A stretch of 64,000 bases of DNA from Bacteroidales bacterium (lineage in GTDB: Bacteria; Bacteroidota; Bacteroidia; Bacteroidales; UBA1715). The position numbers and the translations under genes were made by a program. The stretch lies in NCBI GenBank assembly GCA_024402335.1, contig JAKSTZ010000008.1, forward strand, positions 565-64,564, written 5' to 3'. Positions within the stretch are counted from its first letter, which is position 1. Each line of letters begins with the position of its first letter. Positions 1 through 7,556 of the stretch are shown here, piece after piece. The notes beneath the pieces are model-generated. The model was not told the DNA's origin. It made no database searches and saw nothing but the letters and a program-made list of their open reading frames with translations.

Positions 1-66
1 TTTTGCGTTGCCTTCGCTGGCTATTTGTGGAACTAATTTGCCTTGTACTGCTTCTTGCAATATTGC
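1..66. repeat. hsdS conserved-region repeat, copy 2 (central conserved helix)
   Basis: 66 bp are about 88% identical to 691-756 (ttttgcRttgccttcgctggctatttgtgg...). The 690-bp period equals one half-HsdS (about 230 aa). Confidence 0.85.
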
Positions 67-780
67 TTTCTTTGTTAGTGTTCCTATGCTTGCATTGAGG
101 TCTTTAAGCACCGATTCTTTTTTGCCGTATTCTTCTATAAGTGGCATGAACTTTTCGATTGCGACTACAATGCGTTTTTGTTCTGCTAGTGGTGGAAGAG
201 GAATAAGCATATCTTTAACTTGTGATAGTTTAATAAATCGAGTTGTTGTTCCTTGACTATTTTTTTTAAGAAATGGTAACCAATACTTAATTACATATTC
301 AAAATAATCTAAAATAGATTTTTCAGTTCCCGTTATTACATAAACACGTTGATATGCATTGAATTTACCTTTATAACGATGCATTTTGTAATCACCAGAT
401 GCATTATTACCACCAAGAAGAATAGCATCACAATCATAAGCATATGTTAGTGTTTTAAATACTTCCACTCCACATGTGAAAAAAGCATATTCACCATGTT
501 GATTTTGAGCATTAGCATCCAATGAACCGGTTGTTACAGAACAGAAATCTCCCAATTTACACCAACACCAGCTTTCAGGAATATCAAACGGAATTTCGTC
601 TTCGGTTATTACAGGAAGTGGTTTTTCTTTTTTGATTTTACCTTCCTTAACAAGTTTTGCTTTTTCTGCCTTGATTTGTTGCAACAAATCTTTTGCATTG
701 CCTTCGCTGGCTATTTGTGGGACAAGTTTGCCTTGTACGGCTTCCTGCAAAATTGCATTTTTTAGGTCTTTGGCTGTCAT
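1..780 (-). CDS. hsdS: Type I restriction-modification specificity subunit HsdS (N-terminal part; runs off the window edge)
   Basis: The reverse frame is open from the ATG at 780 to position 1. It is absent from the ORF track because it has no stop in the window. My translation is MTAKDLKNAILQEAVQGKLVPQIASEGNAKDLLQQIKAEKAKLVKEGKIKKEKPLP...IPESWCWCKLGDF... A variable TRD-like segment follows, then a second copy of the AILQEAVQGKLVPQIASEGNAK helix. The gene starts 1 nt after the hsdM stop. Confidence 0.8.
   Translation of the reverse strand, partial: MTAKDLKNAILQEAVQGKLVPQIASEGNAKDLLQQIKAEKAKLVKEGKIKKEKPLPVITEDEIPFDIPESWCWCKLGDFCSVTTGSLDANAQNQHGEYAFFTCGVEVFKTLTYAYDCDAILLGGNNASGDYKMHRYKGKFNAYQRVYVITGTEKSILDYFEYVIKYWLPFLKKNSQGTTTRFIKLSQVKDMLIPLPPLAEQKRIVVAIEKFMPLIEEYGKKESVLKDLNASIGTLTKKAILQEAVQGKLVPQIASEGNAK
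691..756. repeat. hsdS conserved-region repeat, copy 1 (N-terminal conserved helix)
   Basis: Direct repeat of 1-66. This is the usual internal duplication of HsdS that flanks a target-recognition domain. Confidence 0.85.
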
Positions 781-781
781 A

Positions 782-2269
782 CTACTCTCCTTTCTGCAAT
801 TTTGTATGGAGTTCGGTCATTTCAGCCAAAAGTCTATCTATGTCGGCATTCAAAGTAGAACGCATTTCTTCGTAGTTCTGGATAGTTTCCGCCACGCTTA
901 AAATCACTTCTTCTTCGTGCGGATAGCCACAAAGGTCAAGATTGTAGTCGGCTTCGGCAAGTTCTGTTGCCGTGTAGCATTTTGCCTTATAACCAACAAC
1001 TTCGCCATCGTCGTTACATTCAGGAATTTCAACACGATTGTTCCACCACTCAACACAATCGGCAAAATGTTTCAGTTCCATTGGCTTGGTTTTGCTAAAA
1101 TGCTTGCGGTCGCTTGGAATATCCACACGATAGAACCACGTCTTGCCTTTTGGCGCTTCGTAGTTAAAAAACAAGATGTTTGTAGTAATACTTGTATATG
1201 GCGAGAACACACTGCCAGGCAAACGCACAATAGTATGCAGGTTAAATTCAGTAAGCAGTTTTTTCTTTATGCTATTTTTAGCATTGTCGTTACCAAACAA
1301 GAAACCGTCGGGAATAATAACGGCAGCACGGCCATTCTTTTTCAAACGGTACATAATCACGCTCATAAACAAATCGGCAGTCTCGCTCGAAGCCAAATCG
1401 TCGGGAAAATGATTTTTTATATCAGCCTTTTCGCTACCACCATACGGAGGATTCATAAGAATCACATCGAATCGGTCGTCGTCGGTGTAGTTTAGCACAT
1501 CGTACTGCAATGAATTGTCGTGGTACACCTTTGGATTGTCAACATCGTGTAACAATAAGTTCGTTACACACAACATATATGGGAATTGTTTCTTTTCAAT
1601 TCCATACACCGAATCGGCATATTTCTTTTGGTCGTCGGCAGTTACAACCTTGTTTTCAAGTTCTTTCAGCCAACTGGTAATGAAACCACCGGTACCGCAG
1701 GCAAAATCGGCCATTTTTTCACCTATTTCAGGTTGAATCATTTGAGCCATAAAATCCGTTACGGCACGAGGCGTATAGAATTCACCGGAACTACCGGCAC
1801 TTTGCAATTCCTTTAGAATCGATTCGTAAATCTCGCCAAAAGCGTGGCTTTCCTCATAATCAGAGAAATCAATCTCGTCAATCACATTCACAACCTGTCG
1901 GAGCGAAACGCCATCTTTCATATATTGGTTGGCATCGGCAAAAGTTGTGTACACAATAGCTTTACGGATTTCCGTATCCTTAGAAACCTTTATTTCCTTT
2001 AATTTCGGGAACACCGTTTCGTTCACAAACTTCAATAAGTCATCGCCCGTAAGACCATTTTTCTGTGCCCAATTTTTCCATTGGATTTCTTCGGGAATAA
2101 TAGAAACATAGTTTTTGTCGTTCGCCTTCCATTCTTCCTCTTTAGCGCTGTACACCTTTAGGAAAAGAAGCCATGCAATTTGTTCAATTCGTTGTGCATC
2201 GCCGTTAATACCTGGGTCAGAGCGCATTATGTCGCGCAATCGTTTTACAAATCCAGAAATGTTGCTCAT
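782..2269 (-). CDS. hsdM: Type I R-M N6-adenine DNA methyltransferase subunit HsdM
   Basis: 495 aa. SAM motif DFACGTGGF and catalytic motif NPPYGG are present. It is flanked by hsdR (2-nt gap) and hsdS (1-nt gap). Confidence 0.93.
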   Translation of the reverse strand: MSNISGFVKRLRDIMRSDPGINGDAQRIEQIAWLLFLKVYSAKEEEWKANDKNYVSIIPEEIQWKNWAQKNGLTGDDLLKFVNETVFPKLKEIKVSKDTEIRKAIVYTTFADANQYMKDGVSLRQVVNVIDEIDFSDYEESHAFGEIYESILKELQSAGSSGEFYTPRAVTDFMAQMIQPEIGEKMADFACGTGGFITSWLKELENKVVTADDQKKYADSVYGIEKKQFPYMLCVTNLLLHDVDNPKVYHDNSLQYDVLNYTDDDRFDVILMNPPYGGSEKADIKNHFPDDLASSETADLFMSVIMYRLKKNGRAAVIIPDGFLFGNDNAKNSIKKKLLTEFNLHTIVRLPGSVFSPYTSITTNILFFNYEAPKGKTWFYRVDIPSDRKHFSKTKPMELKHFADCVEWWNNRVEIPECNDDGEVVGYKAKCYTATELAEADYNLDLCGYPHEEEVILSVAETIQNYEEMRSTLNADIDRLLAEMTELHTKLQKGE

Positions 2270-2271
2270 TC

Positions 2272-4656
2272 TTATTGAATTATGTTAGTATATAATGCAG
2301 TTTTTAGTTGGTGGATAGCCGAACGGAAACCTTGTTCCCCGTTGAAATACGAGATAACCTTCATAATATTTCCACCAAGTAATTTCTTCATAAACGGCGT
2401 ATTGAATATTGCTTCATCTTCCATCTCGTATATACCTTCGTTTTTGTATTTATCGAGTAAGATATTCAATACTTTTTGTGCCTGTTCGCTATATTGGCTA
2501 ATGAAATCACGTTTTTTTACATTATTTGCCCGTTCCGCACGAGTCAACGGTTTCTTATCGTATGCAATGTGGCAGATAAAATCAAAATCATCTACATCAA
2601 TAAGATTTTGTTCTCGTTTTAGCTTTTCGAAATCTATGCCTAAATCGGCAAAATGTTTACGGATTTCCGCTTTCTTTTCAGCCGCATTCCAACTCTGAAT
2701 AAAATTATCCAAAGAAGCGTATTCACCCAAAACATTTGTTTTGGTGTAATCAATTATACTTTCGCTTTTAAGTAATCTACCGTTTACATCGTAGGTAGAA
2801 ACCACTTTGTTTATGATTTCGACCTTACAACCTTGTGCGTTAACTATCGGTTTTACCGCGTATGGAGTCGGTTCTCCCGGACCTACTTTTTCTGGACCTT
2901 TCGGTTTATTACTTTCTCCCGGAGTTGGCGGATAATTCGGATCAACTTCAATCGGTCCATCCCAATCAGGATCGGCAAAAAGTCGGGTCACATTGCGTAA
3001 ATCCATCACAACAAAGCTCATTTTCCCTTCTTTTTCACGCACACGAGTACCACGGCCAATTATTTGCTTGAATTGCGTCATTGAACCAATCATTTGGTCA
3101 AGCACAATCAGTTTGGTCATTTTACAATCGGCACCTGTAGAAAGCAGTTCCGAAGTAGTTGCAATTACAGGATACTTTTCTCCTACCGAAAGAAAATATT
3201 TCAGTTTGCTTTTGCCGTACACATCACTACCAGTTATACGCACAACATAATCGGCATTTTCCTTAACCATATCGCTGTTCAAATTGCTCAAAGCAATACG
3301 CATTCGTTCAGCGTGATCTTCGTCGGCACAGAACACAATAGTTCGAGCCATACGGTCGGTAGCCTTTAAGTATTTTGTTATTTCTTCGGCAACTTGGTTT
3401 ATTCTATCTTGAATAACAATTTTGTAGTCAAAATCACTATTCGTATAGATTCTGTCCTCTATCAGTTCACCATTTATATCACGTTGTCCGGCCGTCGGTC
3501 TCCAGCCTTCACTAATGTTTGTTGTTATTTTTATAACCTTAAACGGAGCAAGGAAACCATCTTCAATTCCTTGATTCAAACTATACGTGTACAATGGTTC
3601 ACCAAAATATGTAAGATTTGAAATATACGACGTTTCCTTTGGAGTTGCCGTCATACCCAATTGGTATGCAGAATTAAAATATTCCAAGACACAACGCCAT
3701 TGGCTGTCGTCCTTTGCAGAACCACGATGGCACTCGTCAACAATAATCAAATCGAAATAATCAGGACTGAACAAATCGGCATAATGCGCTTCAGCATTAT
3801 CACCAATCAATTGTTGATATAAAGCAAAATACACTTGATATGCGGAGTAAGTTGCCTCGCCTTTACTTTTATCAGCAGTGTAATTAACCTTGTGCGTTAC
3901 CTTCGCAAGACTCTTAAAATCTTGGTCAATAGATTGGTCAACCAACACATTTCTATCGGCCAGATACAACACCTTTTTAACCAAACCACTTTTTATTAAG
4001 CGATACACAATTTGGAACGCAGTGTACGTTTTACCAGTACCTGTTGCCATTACGAGCAACATACGCTTTTGTCCGTCAGCAATAGCTTTTAAAGTAGCAT
4101 TTACTGCATTTGCCTGATAATATCGTGGATTAAATGTATTTTGGTCGGTATAATATGGTTGGTTTGCCAAAGCAATCTCTCTTTCAGTCAAACCTTCGCC
4201 GCCATTCACTTCTGTCATGTAACGATTTTCCAATTCTTGCTGAGAAGGAAAATCACTCAAAGCAATTGTACGTTCTTTTCCTGTAAGGAAATCAAATTCT
4301 TGGAACGCAATTCCATTTGAACTAAACGCAAAAGGTACATTCATCATTTGGCAATATTCCTTTGCCTGTTGCATTCCGTGAGAATGAGAAAATTGAGCAG
4401 ATTTAGCCTCAACAATTGCAAGTGGCGTTTGTGGATTTTTATATAAAATATAGTCGGCTTTTTTCGGTTTTTCACGAACGGTAACATTTCCTTTAATGTT
4501 AATCTTACCATCGGTAATTTTTTCTTCCATCGTGATAAGCGAAGGATTCCATTTGCTTTCCAATACAGGAGTAATATAGAGTCGCTTCACATCCTCTTCG
4601 GACAACTGTCCAAGAGAAAGAACCTGAGAACGAGAATCATTTTTATTTGCCGACAT
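2272..4656 (-). CDS. hsdR: Type I restriction enzyme R subunit HsdR (DEAD/DEAH helicase-nuclease)
   Basis: 794 aa. Walker A is MATGTGKT and the DEAH-type box is IIVDECHRGS. A helicase C-terminal region is present. It is the first gene of the hsdRMS operon. Confidence 0.9.
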   Translation of the reverse strand: MSANKNDSRSQVLSLGQLSEEDVKRLYITPVLESKWNPSLITMEEKITDGKINIKGNVTVREKPKKADYILYKNPQTPLAIVEAKSAQFSHSHGMQQAKEYCQMMNVPFAFSSNGIAFQEFDFLTGKERTIALSDFPSQQELENRYMTEVNGGEGLTEREIALANQPYYTDQNTFNPRYYQANAVNATLKAIADGQKRMLLVMATGTGKTYTAFQIVYRLIKSGLVKKVLYLADRNVLVDQSIDQDFKSLAKVTHKVNYTADKSKGEATYSAYQVYFALYQQLIGDNAEAHYADLFSPDYFDLIIVDECHRGSAKDDSQWRCVLEYFNSAYQLGMTATPKETSYISNLTYFGEPLYTYSLNQGIEDGFLAPFKVIKITTNISEGWRPTAGQRDINGELIEDRIYTNSDFDYKIVIQDRINQVAEEITKYLKATDRMARTIVFCADEDHAERMRIALSNLNSDMVKENADYVVRITGSDVYGKSKLKYFLSVGEKYPVIATTSELLSTGADCKMTKLIVLDQMIGSMTQFKQIIGRGTRVREKEGKMSFVVMDLRNVTRLFADPDWDGPIEVDPNYPPTPGESNKPKGPEKVGPGEPTPYAVKPIVNAQGCKVEIINKVVSTYDVNGRLLKSESIIDYTKTNVLGEYASLDNFIQSWNAAEKKAEIRKHFADLGIDFEKLKREQNLIDVDDFDFICHIAYDKKPLTRAERANNVKKRDFISQYSEQAQKVLNILLDKYKNEGIYEMEDEAIFNTPFMKKLLGGNIMKVISYFNGEQGFRSAIHQLKTALYTNIIQ

Positions 4657-4675
4657 TTCTTAAAAATTCGATAAA

Positions 4676-4683
4676 CAAATATA
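4676..4683 (-). promoter_or_regulatory. Putative -7 promoter box for hsdR
   Basis: The reverse strand reads tatatttg, matching the Bacteroidetes sigma-A -7 consensus TAnnTTTG. It lies 19 nt upstream of the hsdR ATG. Confidence 0.35.
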
Positions 4684-4809
4684 AGAAAATCACTTGAAAT
4701 ACAAGTCATAATTAACATCCACAAATAAAACTAACAAGAATGCGAAATCTCCGCATAGAGACAAAAATTGGAAATTATTTACAGTAAAAATGAAGAACGA
4801 TAGGAATCG

Positions 4810-5427
4810 TCATTTATGGAATGTATCCAGATACCAATTTACAACATTGTTTTCGATGTATTTGGCAATACGATTTAATTCATTTTGGTTGCGAACAATA
4901 TGATCATGAAACCGTGTTTGCCAGGCAAATGGAATATTATTTTCATTGGCAAATTTGGTTACACCAATTTTAAAACCACGAATAACCGATGCCAAATTTT
5001 TCGATTGTGGACCAAATTTGTTGGTGGTTTTCATTGGCGTTGACGTTGACGGTGGCGGCGTTGACGTTGACGTAGAGACGCAAAATTTTGCGTCTCTACA
5101 AAATTTTGCGTCCCCACGTGGTTTTGCGTTTCCACAGGATTTTGCGTCCCTACAAATGGGATTGATTTTTATTATTCCATGAATATGATTTGGCATAACA
5201 ACCCATATTGGTATTTCGACATGTGGAAAATGTTGTGGAATTTCTCGCCAACATTTTTCGGCATATTGCCCAATTTCCGACAATTTCATTCCCTCATTGT
5301 CTATTTTCCCGAAATAATGTTCACGATTTTTGGTGCATATCGTTATAAAATACACACCACCATTGTATTCATGCCAGGCGGCACGTGCCGATGGAACACG
5401 GTATTTGTTTTGAAATTTTTCGACCAT
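4810..5427 (-). CDS. REP-associated tyrosine transposase-like protein (IS200/IS605 TnpA-Y1 / RayT family)
   Basis: 205 aa. The HUH motif is in VVMPNHIHGII. The C-terminal catalytic Tyr helix is NELNRIAKYIENNVVNW. A repeat-encoded linker lies between the two motifs. Confidence 0.8.
   Translation of the reverse strand: MVEKFQNKYRVPSARAAWHEYNGGVYFITICTKNREHYFGKIDNEGMKLSEIGQYAEKCWREIPQHFPHVEIPIWVVMPNHIHGIIKINPICRDAKSCGNAKPRGDAKFCRDAKFCVSTSTSTPPPSTSTPMKTTNKFGPQSKNLASVIRGFKIGVTKFANENNIPFAWQTRFHDHIVRNQNELNRIAKYIENNVVNWYLDTFHK
5036..5072. repeat. 21-bp direct repeat (2 x ggcgttgacgttgacg) inside the rayT-like ORF
   Basis: The copies are at 5036-5051 and 5057-5072. They encode the STSTSTPPPSTSTP segment on the reverse strand. 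Confidence 0.85.
5072..5153. repeat. REP-like perfect 28-bp palindrome followed by three 18-bp half-site repeats, all in frame within the CDS
   Basis: GTAGAGACGCAAAATTTTGCGTCTCTAC at 5072-5099 is its own reverse complement. It is followed by aaaattttgcgtccccac, gtggttttgcgtttccac and aggattttgcgtccctac. Confidence 0.9.
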
Positions 5428-5513
5428 TGCGGTTTATTTATATTGGTTATAATAAATGGATGATGTTTCAAACAAATAACGAAAATTTCGGAAAAATATT
5501 TTTCGAAATATTC

Positions 5514-5631
5514 GTAGAGACGCAAAATATTGCGTCTCTACATGGTTTTGTGCCTATATAATTTTACGTATCACAACAAAATTTTGCAATACTACAATAT
5601 TTTGTGTTTCCACAAATATTTGAAATTCTAC
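5514..5631. repeat. REP-like palindrome plus a decaying 18-bp tandem array upstream of the rayT-like gene
   Basis: GTAGAGACGCAAAATATTGCGTCTCTAC at 5514-5541 has 12-bp arms. Five progressively degenerate 18-bp units follow, ending in ...cctatat, ...tcacaac, ...atactac, ...tttccac and ...attctac. Confidence 0.85.
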
Positions 5632-5663
5632 AGAAAATGGATTACCCTATTCGGGGAAAAAAT

Positions 5664-5698
5664 AATTGTCAATTGTCCATTGTCAATTATTAATTATT
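5664..5698. repeat. Heptamer tandem array AATTGTC AATTGTC CATTGTC AATTATT AATTATT
   Basis: Read directly from the sequence. The period is 7 bp with 5 units. The array overlaps the stop codon of the 621-aa OMP gene. Confidence 0.85.
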
Positions 5699-7555
5699 AA
5701 AAATCCATGTTAAACCGAACGACAATGTTCCGTTGCTTTGTGGGTAGCTTGCAATCGGATAATTTTGTTCGATTAAGGCGTACAAGCCGCTATATTTCAC
5801 GAACAAACGAATCGGTTTATATTTTATGGTTGCGTATGCGTTTACCAATGGGAAGCCGCCGTATTCGTATTGTTTTTGTGGCAAGAATGTACCTAATGCA
5901 GCATCGTAAACCGGAGCATTGTATTTTGGATAATACAACAACTCGCCGCCCAATGAGAAGTGAATCAGCTTACGCAATACCGAGCAACGGAATTCCATAG
6001 AATTGTATGTGGCAACATTCGGATAATCCTGCTCGCCCAGACTACTACTTTGCAACAGCAAACCATTCGTCATCATGAAATGTTTGTAGGAAGTCTTTTT
6101 CTTTAACAAAGCAGTAAATGCCATGTCTTCAGAGCAAAAAGAAATATTTTGCACATTGCCGTTATTGTCAAAATACACATAGTTTCTTGCAATATACAAA
6201 TGCGCATCGAGCGACAAATTTCCAAACGATGATGCTATTTGCAAATTGCAGTCGGTTAGCCTTTCCGGTACGAAATTGTTGTGCCAAACATAGTTGTTTG
6301 TTTCATAGTCGTAGAACAACGGATGTTGGCTCATTTTAGAGTATGAATGTGCCAAAAGAACCGAAAGCGAATGGTCGCCTATAACAAAATCTTTTGCTAT
6401 ATTCGTATTCACTTCGAACTCACCTTTCGAAGGACCTACCACAAAGAATTTATGTGTGTGGCTTATGTTGAAGTCGTTCGGAAACGAAAGGTCGAATGCA
6501 CCGTTATAGTATTCGCTATGTTCAAAATATTCAGGAATAGAATAATTATAGTCGAAATATTCCAAGGATTGATATTCCGTACCAAAGTCAAAATCAGCCA
6601 CAAAACGTGCTTTGCCGAAGTTTTTAGAAAATTCGAAGAACAATGAATTCGCCAAGACCTTGTATGTAGAAGAATCTGTGGTTTTAAGCGAATCGTACAG
6701 CACATTTGTGTAGAATGCAGTATCGGGACGAGAGTCGTTATAGTATCGTTTAGCCGATTCAAAATTCAAGCGATAGCCACAAGCAACTTTATATACCGGA
6801 ATATCGAGTGAAGCGCTATCTTCGCGAGGTTTGCTGCCCAAGTTCCATTTTTGTACAAAATTCACATTCTGATAGCGTACAGCAGATTTTGCATTGGTGA
6901 ACTTCATGCGAAGCAGTTTTTCGTAATGCAACAAAGAATCGGCAACTATACCGCCATTTTCTTCGCGTCGGATATGGTTGAACGAATACTTGAAGATAGT
7001 TGAAAAACGTGGTCCGTAATACGTAATCCATGGAGCCACATGTTGTCCTTTAATGTTTTGGTTATCGAACTCTCCCACAGTTTTGTAGAAATTCATACGG
7101 AAGCCTACGTTCAAATATTTGTTCACATTCTGCGTATGCAACACCCTTCCCGACTGTTCGCCGTTTAATCCGCCCGTGTAAGTCAACGTAGTATATGGAT
7201 GTTGTGCGGTGTAGTCAGGCATATCGTCGACAGTAATCAACGACGATTCGTATGCGCTTAAATAGAACGGTTCGTTTTTCAAAGGAGAAAGCAGCAACGA
7301 GAACGCCGGCGAAGCATATCCAGCCACATCAACCTTAAAATCGGCAATGCTGCCATTTGGTTCATGAAGATAGAAATAATCAACAGTAGTATCGATAGTT
7401 TCGCGAGTGCGTTGTGTGTGCGTCGCATTATACGACCACATCATTACATCCTTCACCTTGGTAGTATCGTCGGTAGGATTTTCTTCTGCAAAAGCCGTTG
7501 TTCCGAACACTGCGAGAACAACAGAAATCACGATATATGAAATATTCTTCATCAT
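5690..7555 (-). CDS. Outer-membrane beta-barrel protein (putative porin-type), immediately downstream of sprA
   Basis: 621 aa. The signal peptide is MMKNISYIVISVVLAVFGTTAFA. The sequence shows Tyr/Phe/Asn-rich alternating beta-strand composition and ends LSFGLTWIFNN. There is a 1-nt gap after the sprA stop. Confidence 0.6.
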   Translation of the reverse strand: MMKNISYIVISVVLAVFGTTAFAEENPTDDTTKVKDVMMWSYNATHTQRTRETIDTTVDYFYLHEPNGSIADFKVDVAGYASPAFSLLLSPLKNEPFYLSAYESSLITVDDMPDYTAQHPYTTLTYTGGLNGEQSGRVLHTQNVNKYLNVGFRMNFYKTVGEFDNQNIKGQHVAPWITYYGPRFSTIFKYSFNHIRREENGGIVADSLLHYEKLLRMKFTNAKSAVRYQNVNFVQKWNLGSKPREDSASLDIPVYKVACGYRLNFESAKRYYNDSRPDTAFYTNVLYDSLKTTDSSTYKVLANSLFFEFSKNFGKARFVADFDFGTEYQSLEYFDYNYSIPEYFEHSEYYNGAFDLSFPNDFNISHTHKFFVVGPSKGEFEVNTNIAKDFVIGDHSLSVLLAHSYSKMSQHPLFYDYETNNYVWHNNFVPERLTDCNLQIASSFGNLSLDAHLYIARNYVYFDNNGNVQNISFCSEDMAFTALLKKKTSYKHFMMTNGLLLQSSSLGEQDYPNVATYNSMEFRCSVLRKLIHFSLGGELLYYPKYNAPVYDAALGTFLPQKQYEYGGFPLVNAYATIKYKPIRLFVKYSGLYALIEQNYPIASYPQSNGTLSFGLTWIFNN

Positions 7556-7556
7556 A

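Larger units (their letters stand above)
4755..5631 (-). mobile_element. RayT/REP-like module: HUH-Y1 transposase gene with REP-like palindromes inside it and on both flanks
   Basis: The Y1 transposase ORF is at 4810-5427. A degenerate half-site (atagagacaaaaatt) lies 3' of it at 4755-4769. A perfect 28-bp palindrome sits inside the ORF and a near-identical palindrome plus an 18-bp repeat array lies 5' of it. Confidence 0.7.

Noticed and set aside
1-756. 66-bp direct repeats inside hsdS as evidence for a phase-variable specificity shufflon.
   Set aside because: This is the normal internal duplication of the HsdS conserved helices, with a period of one half-subunit. The window contains no second hsdS copy, no inverted hsdS fragments and no recombinase. 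Nothing here supports switching.
5514-5631. A regularly spaced 18-bp repeat array that might superficially suggest a CRISPR array.
   Set aside because: The units are directly adjacent with no unique spacers and are only 18 bp long. They decay in similarity and derive from the half-site of a REP-like palindrome. No cas genes are nearby.
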